A stretch of DNA of 64,000 nucleotides, from the IMG/VR virus record IMGVR_UViG_3300015241_000015, positions 17,926 to 81,925 of that record; one strand, written 5' to 3'. A program made the translations under genes and the position numbers. Positions 19,266 to 32,493 of the stretch are shown here, piece by piece. How positions within the stretch are numbered: position 1 is the stretch's first letter; each line of letters starts with the position of its first letter. The stretch is from a virus. The notes under the pieces were generated by a model. It was not told where the DNA came from, made no database searches, and saw only the letters and a list, made by a program, of their open reading frames with translations.

Positions 19266-19560
19266 CACCCCTTGGCAGGGGGCGCGCATCTGCTTTCAAC
19301 GCGCATGTAACTTCGGTCACCTACGGAAAATCCCCTCCAGCGCCGAAGAGTTCATTGTGGGAGTTGGAATATCTTGAAAATACGCGACGAAGGAATGGCT
19401 CCTTTTCAACTCCCTGCAATTTATTTATCCCTTTTTATAGATTTGCCGATTGAATAAGCGCCAGCAGTTATTTTCAAGGGAACTGTAGAACTCATAATTC
19501 CTCCGGTTTTCTTGATCATACGGGGGCTGCTGGCGCCTTTCTTTCCCCTTCGGTAGCGAT

Positions 19561-20238
19561 ATGACAAAATCCCGGCGCTTAACGCCCGACAATTCGCTGT
19601 GGGTCATGGCTGGCAATGCCGGAGACACGGGCGGCCCTTCCCCGGTCAATCCGGTGGGCACGATTCAAATGTTGCCCTCCGGTGACAGTCTGGTAGTCAA
19701 CTACCATCCCGGCGGCCCATTCAATAATGCCTATGTCTACCAGAAGCTTCTCGATGGGCCTGCGGTCCAGGGGTTAACGAATTTCACCCAGACAATCACC
19801 TGGAAGATCCCGGGAACGGTGAACCTGTTACGGGTTCAGGCTCTCGAATTTGAAATGCAGTTGGTCCTGAATGGCGGGATCTATAACATGGCTCACCAGT
19901 GGCTACTGGCGCCGGAAGGGGCGACACTGACCAACACCTGGCGGGTGTTCGATTACCCGTCCAAGACTTGGCATGAGGTTCTGTCCATGCCGATTAGCCT
20001 GTTGCCGAACGTGCTGCATACCTTCGTTGCCGATCACAGCGTGGACCCGGTCGCGCAAACGGTGCATCACAATTCGATCACGATTGACGGGGTTCCGTAT
20101 CCAATCTCGTTTACCCAGCCGGTGACCCCCAACGTGTATCCGGGCGTCTCCGGTCTGAACATCGCGTTTCAACTCGACTCGAACAGCCTGGGCCAGCAGA
20201 TCTATGCCATCGTGCAAACCGGGGCTCAGGTGAGTTAG
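19561..20238 (+). CDS. Hypothetical beta-rich protein
   Basis: 225-aa ORF followed by hairpin near 20245-20275. Confidence 0.65.
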   Translation: MTKSRRLTPDNSLWVMAGNAGDTGGPSPVNPVGTIQMLPSGDSLVVNYHPGGPFNNAYVYQKLLDGPAVQGLTNFTQTITWKIPGTVNLLRVQALEFEMQLVLNGGIYNMAHQWLLAPEGATLTNTWRVFDYPSKTWHEVLSMPISLLPNVLHTFVADHSVDPVAQTVHHNSITIDGVPYPISFTQPVTPNVYPGVSGLNIAFQLDSNSLGQQIYAIVQTGAQVS

Positions 20239-20470
20239 GGCAATAAAAAAGGCCGCTCATAGTAGGCGGCCTCGGTGGATCTTTCGGAAAGCGTTCACTT
20301 ATCGAAGTAGAGGCCCAATTCCCCGCCCATTGGCCGGCTAGTCCACAGGAAGAACAGGAATTGCCCAAAGCCCCAGGCGGCGGGCTGCCAGCGGCCCTGG
20401 CTCATGGCCAGAGCGAAATAGGGAGAGGCTAAGAGACCAGAGAAAGCGATTCGTTTGGGAACGGATAGGC

Positions 20471-23400
20471 TCATGGCTTCACCGTCTCGTCTTCGTTGTC
20501 TATGGCATCTTCGTCATGTATGGTTAGTGTCCATCCATTCTTGGTCCACTCCGGCCCCTCCAGAGTTACGGCGGAGTCATTCACGTATTCGGCGCCTTCA
20601 CGGAAGGCAGCGGCTTCAAGTTTGCTTTCAAAGTATTTCTTTGTGGCGGTCATGGCTTGTCCGTCCCGTCTTGTTTGTGAATGGTCAGGGTCCAACCATC
20701 CGCCGTGAGTTCCGGCCCTTCCACGGTGATGCTGGAGTTGCGAAGGTTTTCAAGCCCGCACTGGACGCGCAGGTAGTCTATCCCGCCCCGGAATGCGTCG
20801 GCCTCGTCCTTGTTTTGAAAGTGGATTTGCTCAGCCCCTGAAAAGGCCAAGTCTAGTCGGGCTTCCATTTCATTTTCGGTCAATTTTCTGGTGGTGGTCA
20901 TGGTCTGATTACTACTCCTCGGGTCTGATTTATTCCTGTTCCTTGGTTGCTCCCTGGCTCATGGTTTCTCTTCGGCGGCCTTCCGCCCTTGTTCGGCTTC
21001 AAACTCTGCTTGGTCCCGGCATTCGATCGAACAAAAACAAATCCTGGGCATTCGGTCTGAGTCGGTGCGGCAGTACATGCAGAAGCTCTTGCCGCAATCG
21101 CAGGCATACCCCGCTGGGCGGCCGCAAGAGCAAAGGCCCAAAGCCGCGTATTGCTCCCGGATGAATGTTTCGGTGGCGCCCAGGCCGTTGACGGCGATCC
21201 GGCCCGCGAATGCCTGTTGATCGAGCCAGGATGCCCCCTGGACGCCTTTCTTCTTGTTGCTCATACTGATACCTCTAAATCTTTATTGCGCTCATTCTGA
21301 TTTCGTCGGCTTCGGGTCCAAATTCCGGGTAGAATTCTTCGTGCGCGGTCCCGTAAGTTGTTCCAGGTCTCACCCATAGATCGACAATGATTTTTGATGC
21401 CTCGGTCACCTGCATAAGCCCCTCGGGTGTGGTTTTGTAGATCAATAGATCTGGTAGCGCGAGCAAGGCCCGGGCGAGTTCGTGAGAGGTCATATTGCCT
21501 CGCAGACAAAATGCGTTGGATCGCCAGTCGCCCAGGCGCTCAAATCCTCGACAAGTTGGTTCGAGCGCGAGAACCCGCACCCGTTGACGTAAAACGAGCC
21601 GCCTACGCGATTGTCCTCGTCCACAGACCCGCAGGCATGGCTACCAGATTTTTTGTTGAATTCGGTTTGCTCAACACCGTGTAAGCGAATCCAGAGCGGG
21701 CGCATCACGGCCAAATCCCACGCCTTGCAATGTTGCGTTACGTTGGCGTTCATGTTCAAGGCGCCGTTCGATTGATACTCCAGGTAAAACACGTCAAACA
21801 CTTGACGCATACCGGAACGGGTGACCTTGCGTGAGACAAGGAATAACTTGGTGGCTCTGGGAAGTGCTGCAATCTCTAGCTTGTTCATATGGTCTCCTCG
21901 CCGTGTGGCGGACTCATGGTTTGTTTGCGCTGAATTGCGCCGTGCGTTTAGGCTCGCCAAGAATCTGCGCGGCTGTCGTTTACATATAGATCAATTGGAT
22001 AGTGGACCGTCCTTCGCGTGCCACACCACAAATAACTAAAAGGCCCGTCGGCAATTTCCCTTGCGAACCATCTTAGCTTGTAAAACTCTGTGAAGTTCTT
22101 CATTGTGCCCCCTGGCCCGGACTGGTTGTTTACTCGGTTGAATCGCTTTCGAGCCGCTTCAATAGCATTCCCATATGTTCGTGTTGTAGTTCAGCGGCGC
22201 GCAAGAGTCGAGCCGTACCTAATGCGATGTCATTGGTAAACACGCCCAGATCGGCTATTTGTTTGCTTACATCGGCGATCTGTTTGCTCACCGTCGCAAT
22301 CTGACGGTTATTCTGTGAGATGTGCTCATCCTGTTTGACAGCCTCTTGTTCGCGCTTAAGGGCTAACTCTAGCAAGTGCTGGATCGAATTTTCGATTGCT
22401 TTCATGCGGTCTTCAAAATCCATGCCTGCCCCTTTGGTTGCGGTTGATTGTGTCGATCCTACTTGAATCACAAATTAAATTGCAAGCGTCTAGAAGTTAC
22501 TAAAGCCGAACCTCGATGTCTAAACAAAACGGCCCGTGCTTGATTTTCAGCGTGGCCAAGTACATCTTCGGCGCCACGGTCGCCGGCCCAGGCTCATGCA
22601 GTAAACACGGTTCCACCATCAAGAATTCTACGGTGTACTTGAGATCACTTAACCGCGTCTGCAATCGCTTCCAGCGGGCGTATACCTCCGGTGGTAGCAC
22701 GGGCACGGCGGTCTTGCTACAAGTGTGCTCACGGTCCTTGCAGAGCCTATAGACGGGCTTTTCTAAGCCGTGTGCCTTGTAGACTTCGGCGGCTATCTCG
22801 CTCACTACGGCCCAGCGCGGGAGCAACCCTTCGGCGGCCTGTTGTTTCATTTCCGGCGAGCCGTGTTGTTTCACCCAAGCGTCAATAGCCTGATTTTTTT
22901 CTACTTCGGCCGCGGCCCGTGATTGATCGCGGGCTTGCACCTTGGCAAGCTGGCCGATGATGTCTTCTTGAATGTCTGGAGCTTCCATTTCTCCTTCGGC
23001 ATTCTGGTTCCAGCCAATCTTGAACAGTTCGCGCCGGTATTTCTTGCAAAGATCGATGAACAAATTCCCTTCGGCGTCAACTTGGCAAAGATCGACCTGG
23101 CCGACGGTGATTTCCTGTACCAGCGTCTGCTTGCGAGCTACGGGCGTTAGGCGATTGGCCATGGCGGCCCGCTGGGCGGCGGGACTCAACAGGTACGTAA
23201 TCGAGACTGTGAGCGTTGCGGTCTGCGTCATTTCGTTTCCCTTCGGCGTTTCTTAGTCTGCGGAAACCCTGTGGGAGAGTCCAGGGCTTGGACAGGCTAA
23301 GCAACGTCCTTTACTTCGCGGCAATATTCGACACTGGTATACCCTTGTGAGCACCCCGGCCCAGTTGCCCAGGTGTCGGTTATCTGTTTGAGGCCGCATC

Positions 23401-26400
23401 GGGTGCAGACTTCGGTTACGATTACCCCGCCGCCGTTACCCCTTGCTCCGCCGATCTGCTTATAATCGTGTTCATCTTCGGTCGCTGTATCGCCATCCAG
23501 TTCATACTGGCACATTGGTTCCTCTGGGACCAGGGTCACGGAAACGCTCACAGCTTCGCCGATATAGTCTGATTCGTCGATTTGTTCGGCGCCGTGTCCC
23601 TTGGCGGCCGCGTAAGCCGCTTCGCTCACCTCCCGATAGCTCGCGTCTATCCATTGCGTTTTTGTTCGCTGGCCGTAGTCTCCTTCGTTGACCCATGACT
23701 CTAACGCGATCTTCGGTTGATCGGTGGCCATAAGGTCGCAGCCGCCGCATTCTTCTCGGAATTGGTAATAGTTCATTGGTTGATTCTCCTTCGGTAATTC
23801 TCCCGCTCCAGCGCATCGGGGGTCATGCGCTCTGACTGGAAAATTAGCTAATGTTGCAATGCAGGTTGTAGTTAGCGGCCGTTGCACGAAACCCGGCGAC
23901 TAAATCGCGCCATGCTCCCTCTATGACTCTCACGCATCCCTCATGATCGGTAAATTGCCATCCGTGCATCTTGCGCGGGCGTTTGCCTAATGTCACGTTG
24001 TAACCTTCGGTCTTCTCTACGCTCCAGTGGTAGACCTTCCCATTGTCTGTGCTTGTCATTCTGATTTTCATTGCTTTCATTTCTCCCCCTTCGGTTTCGG
24101 ATTCGGCGGCGGGCGCCGGTTTAGATATCCTGAAATTCAAACTTCCAACCGTTCAGTTTGATGAACCCCTGCCGCTCTGTATCCCAAGCCCTGAAGCGCG
24201 AGGTTAAATCCGTGTCCGGTTTGATTAGCAGGAATAACTGCAAGTCCATATACTCTGCGATCATTTCCCGCGTGTACCCTTCGAGTACTGCTATGTTGTC
24301 GCTCACGGTTGCACCTCCGGTTCTTCGGTTTCCGTAGGATCGCCGGTCAAGATCAATACGATATCCAATTCTTTGAGAAGCTCAGGCGTCAAACGGTCTA
24401 ATGAGTCTCCGTTTAAATCCTTGGAATAGATGCCATGGTTCAAAACGTCCCTGCTATTAGGACCGTTGTTTCGAAAGCCGAACCCCTCTTGAAACAATTC
24501 GTTATCCATCCATGCTTCGGGGTCTGGAGTGTCTATCGTCTCCCAGCGAACGAACGTGTGCTTTAGTATGCCCTCCGGGTAATCCTCCGGATACTTCGCC
24601 GGTCGCTCGCCAAAGCCATCTTGCACAATCTTGATATGCTCCCGTTTGAATCCGTAAGTCTTGATAATCTCTTCGATCGTTTCATCGGCCTCTGGGAAAA
24701 ACTCGTCCTCACAAATGGAATAAGCGTCCTCCCAAGTGCGAGCGCGAACGATACCGTTTATCCCAATGCTGTTACGGGAAATCCAAAGGGGCCCAAAGCC
24801 ATCGTCATACGTTTGGATCTTGTACCCGGAGCTATAGGTCGCTCCAGTGAATTCTTGTTCGTCTGTGATTAGTACTGTGGTCATGTTCTTTGTCCCTTCG
24901 GTTTGGATTCAATGGGGGAGGTGGTTTCAAAAGTCTGCGCATTGATCGCAGAGCCACCCTATTTCCCTGTTTTCCCGTGTGGCCGACCTCTCACACCATT
25001 CACACTTGCGTATGTCGGTTCCGTCTTTGTATCGCTCCTCTTGATCTTTGGCGTTTAGGCGCCGCGTTTGTTCCGTAAGGGCATTGTCTTGTTTGATTAT
25101 GCGATTACGCCAATATGTTCTATCGAGTGCCACGTCTATTCCCTTCGGTTCGGATTCGTTGGTGAAGGTGGTTTGTTTTACTCTGGGCGCCCAAAGCGAG
25201 TCTCTACAGCACACCAGAGGCTTTCACTATGCGCAGACGCGAATTCAAGTTGAGCTTCGGTGTATTTGTCGAAATACTCTTTGTCCGTGTCTCCAGGGCG
25301 CAAGGTCAAGAATCCCATGAGAGCTTTTACCGTGGCATCCTCGTCAACGCCATGTAGCGGACTACAGGCGAAGTCTGAACCTTCAAACACGACTTGCGAC
25401 TTGCGACCGCCGGGTTCGCGCTGGGTTAAGCAATAGCCCAGTTCGTTCTTTCCCATATGATCGGTCGAATTAAGATCATAGACAACGAGTTTGAATGTGG
25501 GGCCCTTGCCTTTCAGGTACGGCCTGAAGTGTACGGTTCGGATTAGTTCTTTGGCATAGACTGGCATAATTGGTTTCCTTCGGTCTTTGGTTGAATCCTT
25601 CCAGCAACAGGAATGAGGGTTCCTGTTCCAAGCTGGATTCACCCTGCGATTACGGTTCTATTACGTTCTTTCGTGGCAATTGCTCGTTCTGCTTCGGTCA
25701 TGGCCTCGCTGGCCAGTTCGGCCTCTACGACTCGCCTGTAATTGCTATCCGGTTTGCAGATACAGCTCAAAGAGGCCAAGTGTTCACCTTCGGTATCACG
25801 TAGGCAAGCCCAGAAGGTTTCATGATCGGCGCCGGTCGAACAATCACACTCTGGATTGTCGCAATCGCAACCAATGCAACCTTCTGAGTCATGCTCCCAT
25901 ATCACGGTTAGATCGTTATCCTTTGCCCAAACTTCGGCGGCCGCATATTCCCTAGCACAGCGTTCTTTGCCCTGTCGTTTGGTTTCGGTCTTTGGATCAT
26001 AAGAGAATCCAGCGTTCTCTCGAAAGAATGCTACTGCTTCGGTATTGGCTTTGGTGCGTTTCATGGTTTCACCCTCTGGTTCCGTTTGTTCTTGAATTCA
26101 CTCCACAATATAATTGTGGCGATAAAGGCAAACTTGACAATTGCACCAGCTATGTACCACATAACGAGTAGCAAAATTGCGCCTATAAAGTTCATGGTTT
26201 CCCCCCCTTTGGTTGCTTAGTCTACAGAAACCCTGCTGGGAGAGAACCAGGGTTTGAATCGACTAAGCGGTTGGCCAGTCCATTGGTGAATCTGACTCGC
26301 ACTTATAGGCGTAATCGGCGGACTCCTCCAGGTCATCATCGTAGTAGCAAACCACTTCCAGGTAGCTACCAAAGTCATGCGGATTTGACTTGATGCCAAG

Positions 26401-27041
26401 TCTTGCTCCTTCAGGTTCTGGGCCCAGTGTGGCGCGAATCGCAGTAATGAATCGCTGACACTCGGCACGTGCTAACTGTGGATCGTAGTCCATGGCGCCA
26501 ATTTGCTGGCATGATTCGTTTGCGGGTACAGGTCCGATGTTGATAAAGTCTCGCATGGCGTATTACTCCCTTTAAGGTCGAATTGAATTCTTCTCACGGC
26601 GGATTGGAGGATATCCGCCCGAAGCTGAATTCAATCGATTACGCTTGGGTCGATGTTGCCCTCTGGGCCCAGCTGAGCGAACCGATAACGTTTTCCGACG
26701 AAGTTGCTCTTGCAGCATCGGCAGGTGATATGGGAGAACTCTAGCTCTCCAGATTCATCCATGCTATGATCTTTGGAGCATTCACCCTCATTACAGGCGG
26801 GACAAGTTGATTCGCCGAAGTTAGACAACAGGTAAGGGAGTTGCTCCATGCCAGCTTCGATTTTCTCTATCCAATGCTCGTTTGGAGTGCCGATAAGATC
26901 TTCGGGTAAGTCGCCATTCACGGCGTAAATCATGCAGTCTTCACAGAGCCAGATATCGCGGTCGATGATCTTCACAGCGTCACCTCGATACTTGATGGGA
27001 GTTGAACGTGAGTCACTGTCCACTTGGGACCAGAACCCCAT
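20471..27041 (-). other. Leftward cluster of about 18 small early-type hypothetical genes (e.g. 20650-20901, 20959-21264, 21490-21889, 22500-23231, 24303-24884, 25639-26064, 26263-26556)
   Basis: Co-oriented short ORFs with GAAGGG/GGAG-type RBS, separated by hairpins. Confidence 0.7.
22130..22423 (-). CDS. Small coiled-coil protein
   Basis: MDFEDRMKAIENSIQHLLE...heptad repeats SKQIADV; own TTGCAA/TAGGAT promoter upstream. Confidence 0.65.
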   Translation of the reverse strand: MDFEDRMKAIENSIQHLLELALKREQEAVKQDEHISQNNRQIATVSKQIADVSKQIADLGVFTNDIALGTARLLRAAELQHEHMGMLLKRLESDSTE

Positions 27042-27099
27042 TTGATCTTTGCGCCTACTGGATATTGCACGTCATGCGGCAATTGGCGAATCAGAACCT

Positions 27100-28560
27100 T
27101 TTGAGTCTTGTTGTCGCGCTGGATTGTTAGAATGTTTAACACTTGGGTACCTCTGCTTTTCGCTTTAGACCCGCACTATCGTTTGGGTATGAACCGACAC
27201 TACGCTGGAACGGAAACCATGTCAAGAGAAATATGCAAGCAAGGTAAATGTAACTCGCAAGATGCCGAGAATCCGAGACTTGGACGGAATTAGGCGATTC
27301 GCAGGTGATCGGCGGAATAGCTCTCTACAGCTACCAAGGACTCATTTTCGACCGTGCTAGTACCTCAGGCCGGTTGAGAAAGACTCTCATAAGCGATTCT
27401 AGCGCGGGTGAATCGAGGGGATTCTGGGCCCAACTGCCGATCGAGCTACGCAAGCCCAAAACTGAAAAATTGGAGCGAACGCCCGTGGATGGATCTTTGC
27501 ACCAGCGGCCGCCAAACCTTCTATAGGATGGGTTCTGAAAGTCGCTGAGCAAGGTCGAAATTCGCCTATACCCTAGCCTACCCGATGTCGAGAACGTGGC
27601 CTATAAACGATTCTAGACGCGGTAAACACCCGCTATTCGCGCCGGTTTGACGGAATTGGAAAATTTAGGGCAGATGCCGTGACTGGTATCTCTCCCTAAG
27701 CGAGCCTAAGAGTTCAAGGAGCAAAGACTCTCCTCCTCCTCCGCTTGGTCCCCCCAAGCTTCGCTGGGCCCCAAAGTCTCAACTCCCAGCATCGACCGAC
27801 AACCCCCAAGTCGCTCACGCGCTACCGTATCGATACCCGTATACGATATACCGTATTGTTAACCATAGTTAACTGCTACATGTTAATCGTGATTCACTCG
27901 TTCTGTTAACCAGCGTAACATTAAGATCACATTAATCTTCACGCTCCCCTGCCCCACACGCCCTTTCCTGCCCTGTTCCGCTGTTGCGCGCATAGTCGCC
28001 ATGCGGGTTCCGTGCGCTGTTCTGTGCCCAGCTTGCCAGCATCGAGAGCTAGTATCCGTGCAGGCTAGCCTACCCCCCAGTGCGTGAAAGTGCCCTATAA
28101 ACGATCCTGGAGCGGGTAGCACGGGCCAGAGTGTGTGATTACGCGCCAATCGGCGAACGGCCGCGCAAGCCTACCTGGAAATCGCCATGCTCTAGAGCGG
28201 GTGAATGAGACCCTGTGCTTGGCCTACTTCTAGGGGGGTGGGAGGGGGAACCGCGCGGGTGGGTGGGACCAAGACGACTTGGCTCCGACGAAAAGTCAGT
28301 TTGGTTTGGTTTTTGGTTTTGTCAGCGACAATAATTTTTGGTGTCGGTTTGGTGTGGAGTTTTGGAGTTTGGTTTTGATTTGGTTGGTCGGTGGTTCTGG
28401 GAATTTTTTGGTTTTGGTTTGATTTGGCGGTTGGTCTGTTATTTTTTTTGATTTTGATTTTGATTTGCCCGTAGAGGGAGGGTGGAAGAACCTGGAGAGG
28501 CCCCTTTGATAACCGGCGGAGAGATAGCCATCCACGGGGTCTGGGTGAAATTTTCTGGAT
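27100..28560. other. Long non-coding region with repeated motifs, G-tracts and a GT-rich tract (possible terminus/packaging or origin region)
   Basis: No credible ORFs; ATAARCGATYCTRG...CGG motifs; G-rich 28231-28267; (G/T)n 28297-28470. Confidence 0.5.
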
Positions 28561-29061
28561 TAATTTAAGGAAGTGCTTTCTTTTCCAAGACTTGGACGAA
28601 CTCTTTGCGTTGTAATTGGAGAGGCAATTCAGCGCGGGCGGCTTCTGAAAGCAGCGCTTCCATGTGTTGGATGGTGGCCCATTTGCCGTGAGGGAAGAGT
28701 TCAGGGGTGTCGTAGCATTCTTTGAGTAGGGCTATGAGCCATGCGAGCCAGTGTGGTTCGATCCAAGAGTGGAACCATTCTTCGTAGTCGCGGTCTTGGG
28801 CGAAACGCTGAAGGGCCTGAAAGGACAGCATTGAGCCGATGTAGACTAGGCCGCTCTGAACGTGTTCGCTCATGGGGTATTACTCTACCATCCACCGAAG
28901 GATCCACGGCCTTTGGCTGAAATTTTATGGAAATTTTGGTGGCAAGCCCTTTCTTTTCCAGGACTTGGACTATCGATCCAGCCATGCTTTGAAGCCCAGA
29001 TAGAGGAGGAGCATGGCGAAGAAAATCAGCCCAGCGATGTCGGCACTGTCCATGGTGGTGA

Positions 29062-29427
29062 TTATAGACCGGGATCGGCGAATGAGAAGGCCATGCGTTT
29101 GGTTCCGTCGGGCATTTCGATGATTACGCCTGGGAACTTGAAGAGGCCGTAGACGGCGTAGTTGCAGGGCTGGCCGCGGTCTTTGGTGGAGTTGCTGAAG
29201 GCTTTGAAAGAGGGTTTTGAATAGCGGCCGATGCACTCTTGGGTGGCTGAATCGGGGTTGGCGCCGCAGTCTTTGAAGGGTGCGTAATCGGCGACAGCGG
29301 CGATGTGGTGGCAGATGGGGCAGACGAAGCGCCACTGGAGGAAGTCTTGGCCGAAGCGTTGTTTGCCATCGGCCAGCCACTGGTCGTAGGTGGTTAGTGT
29401 GGGGTTGGGCTGTTTTGTTTTTGGCAT
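29062..29427 (-). CDS. VVA0879-like phage protein
   Basis: WLADGKQRFG...WRFVCPIC...ECIGRY...CNYAVYGLF. Confidence 0.65.
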   Translation of the reverse strand: MPKTKQPNPTLTTYDQWLADGKQRFGQDFLQWRFVCPICHHIAAVADYAPFKDCGANPDSATQECIGRYSKPSFKAFSNSTKDRGQPCNYAVYGLFKFPGVIIEMPDGTKRMAFSFADPGL

Positions 29428-30635
29428 CGGGGTTACTTGGGCAGTTGAGACATCCCGAGGGTGCATCCGCAGACGATACAGAAGGCGAGGACCAAGGGGG
29501 ATTCGTTGCGGAGGACGCCGAAGGATTCGATGGTGGAGCGGCATTCGGGGCAGTGGGGTTTCTTGGTTTTGGTGATGGGGGTGCGTTCGTCGAGGGCGGT
29601 CGCGGCTTGTTTGGAGAGTTCTTTGAAGTCTTGGACGGGGGTTTCGCTGAAGAAAATGCCCAATTCGAGGCGTTTGGGGATGCCGTCGGGGAAGAGGGAT
29701 TCGACTTGGAGGTGGACGGGATCGCCGGACTTCATGCGATGGATGTTGGACGGTTCGAGGACGAGGGCGAGGAATTTGGATCCGTCGTCTTTGGTGCCAA
29801 CGATCTGGTTCATTTCTGGTCTCTTTCTTCGCGGTTTTCCGGGTAACAGCCACAGGGCCATTCGGGGCATGTTTCATCGACGGGGAGGCCGTCATATTCG
29901 TGGCAGTAATGGATGAAATGGCCGGTAAGGATGCGGTCGCGCCACTTGAGGCATTCGTCGATCCAGGCCGGGTCTAGGGTCTGGTTCACTTTGTGCCGCC
30001 GTAAGGGGGACGGACCTTGGCCAATTTCACGGCTAATTTGTTAAGGCGTTCGCCGAGTTGAACCATCATTTCTTCGATATGTGGGATCTTGGAGATTTGT
30101 TGCGGGAACCCCCCTAATCGAGGGCTTTTGATTAATTTGTCTCTTGCTTTCATGTCCTTCTGCATTTTGGCGATGCGATCCAATCTTGCATCGATCCTTT
30201 TCATTCGGCGCCGCCACGTATTCATTCAGCCTCCTTGAGAATCAAACACTTGGCTTCTTTTCGCCATTTGGGGTATTCAAAGACGCAGTTGCAGTGGATG
30301 TCGACGCGCTTTCCCTGGTCGAACCACAACTTGATTGCTGGCCAGAAGGGGCTGTTTTTACTTGGCATGGTGAGGATTGGCTCGCCGTCTTTGGCGAGCA
30401 TAAGGATCTTACCGTAAGCTATTTCAAAGATGAATTCTTTGCCGACGGCGGTCTTGATGCGCTGGGTGTGGGCGGACCAATCGAACCTGCCTGGACCGAA
30501 TCGGACTCTTTTGCGTGGCATTTGTGTGGGCCTCCTCCAGAGGTCTTTTACTCTACCATCGAGGGGGATTCCCGTGAAATTTTAAAGATTTGCACAGGGT
30601 CGGGCCGGTATGATTGGCCGCTTAAAGGAGTGAGG

Positions 30636-31133
30636 ATGGCAAACGAAACCGTGGAGACACTCGAAAGGTTCAACGCGCTACTAGATTCGGATGAAGACGA
30701 AGCAAGAAAGGCGTTTCATGGGATCTATCGCGTCCATGATTACGCTGAGGGAAAACGCCAAGTGGGCACGATTGAGTGTGGCAGTTTCGGCTTTGAGGAT
30801 ACGCCGAAAGCCCTTTATCGTCTGTTGTTTCTAGCGAAGCCGAAGCGTGTGGATTTCAGTGATATGTACAAGTCTGAGAGTCTTTTCGCCCTAACCTCGG
30901 TCAACGGCGCCTTCGTGGCCGATTTTCAATTCTATAAGTATGAATTGGCGGCCTATGTATCGGCGGCTAAAGAGCACATTGAAGGACGTGAATCGGGCAT
31001 TATCTGTGGGGTGCCGGGGTCTGATAACGGCATCCGTGCTAAATCGCCGGAATTGCGTTTGTGGGCCTCCACTCTTAAAAAATGCCTAGATAGGACGTGG
31101 ATGGTGTACTGTGGCAATGATTTTGAGGTGTGA
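30636..31133 (+). CDS. Hypothetical protein
   Basis: AGGAG RBS before ATG 30636; 165-aa ORF. Confidence 0.65.
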   Translation: MANETVETLERFNALLDSDEDEARKAFHGIYRVHDYAEGKRQVGTIECGSFGFEDTPKALYRLLFLAKPKRVDFSDMYKSESLFALTSVNGAFVADFQFYKYELAAYVSAAKEHIEGRESGIICGVPGSDNGIRAKSPELRLWASTLKKCLDRTWMVYCGNDFEV

Positions 31134-31194
31134 AAATTGGGCCCGACGAGAAGTTGATCAAGGCGATCAAGGCGATCAAGGAGTTCCGCCGCCT

Positions 31195-31380
31195 CTAACT
31201 GGGCCCTTCCAGGCGGTGGATGCGGGCCTCGTGGCTCTTGACGATCTCCAGAAAGTCCTTAGATATTCGCTCAAGGCTGGCGACTGAGCCTTGCAGTTCA
31301 TGAACGTCCTTGGTCAGTAATTGGAGGCTTTCGGCCAAGGCGGCGTGGCGTTCTTCGATGGTTGGCTTGGGCTTGGACAT
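31195..31380 (-). CDS. Small coiled-coil protein, tandem paralog
   Basis: MSKPKPTIEERHAALAESLQLLTKDVHELQ...VKSHEARI. Confidence 0.7.
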   Translation of the reverse strand: MSKPKPTIEERHAALAESLQLLTKDVHELQGSVASLERISKDFLEIVKSHEARIHRLEGPS

Positions 31381-31381
31381 C

Positions 31382-31609
31382 TTAAGTGAGTCCCTGGATG
31401 CGGTTGAGGCGGTGCTCGTGGGTCTTGACGATATCGACGACATCCGAGGTAATGCGGGTAAGGCTGGCAACGTCGGCAGTCAGGCTGGCGATATTGGCGG
31501 TGTTTTCACGGGTCAAGATTTGGAGTTCGTGAACGTCGGCGGTCAAGAGTTGCAGGCTCTCGGCAATGGCAGAAAGGCGTTCGTCGATGGTTGGCTTGGG
31601 GTCTGACAT
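31382..31609 (-). CDS. Small coiled-coil protein, tandem paralog
   Basis: MSDPKPTIDERLSAIAESLQLLTADVHELQ...VKTHEHRL. Confidence 0.7.
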   Translation of the reverse strand: MSDPKPTIDERLSAIAESLQLLTADVHELQILTRENTANIASLTADVASLTRITSDVVDIVKTHEHRLNRIQGLT

Positions 31610-32493
31610 GAAATTATTATAATCTAAACGGCTCATCCCCGCATTTCCATGGGTGATTTTCAACAATATGCCGACGGAATCCCGATTCGTTATCGAATCC
31701 CACTAAGTGGACTTCGTCGGCTTTTAAGCCCTTGATGGCGATGCAGAAACGGCAACAGATCTTGGCGGTGGGGTTGCCGATGACGCTTACTTTGACCGGT
31801 TCCCGCCACGGGATCGCCGGGAATTGCCTCTCCAGTTGCTCCTCGGTCATGTCGTTCTCCTTAAGGCTGGGGGTCTGATGATACCGATCGCGGTATGATC
31901 TTTTCGGCGACATCATTGACGTACTTGCTATTCCAGTCGATGGGCCAGTTCCCGCCCTGGGCGTTGAGCAAGATGTAGCGCAGCACATTCGTGCGCTCCT
32001 CCCCTGTAAACGTCACTTCTGGAAGCGGCTCCTGGGGCATTCGTTCTGCCGAGTTCTCCACAATCGAAACTTGGATAAAACCACGAATATCCGAGCCTCG
32101 TGAGTAGACGAGATCGAAGATATAGGCCATGGCCAGTAGCCATGACCTGCGCTTCTCTACCGGCCAATTGGCGCCACGTTCGGGGAGCGCCTCGATTAAG
32201 CCTCTGATTAGCGGGTGATGGGTGGGGTCGGTGTTCACAGGGTGTGGGTGGTCCATGGAATGAGATTGTAAGCCCAGAGGCCCTGAACAAGCGGCCCCTG
32301 GACCTTCTATGTATCCCACAGGGAAATCTACCACAGGCCGATCCTCGCTTGCAATTTTGATATGATGGAAAAGCCTTCTTTATGGACGGGTGATTTCGCT
32401 TTTGGGGATGGACAGCCCAGGGCGAAAAGGTTTCGTCCCTAAAAAGACGAAAGGCCCGATGTTCTGGGCCAATTCATGAAGGAGGTGGAGCCA

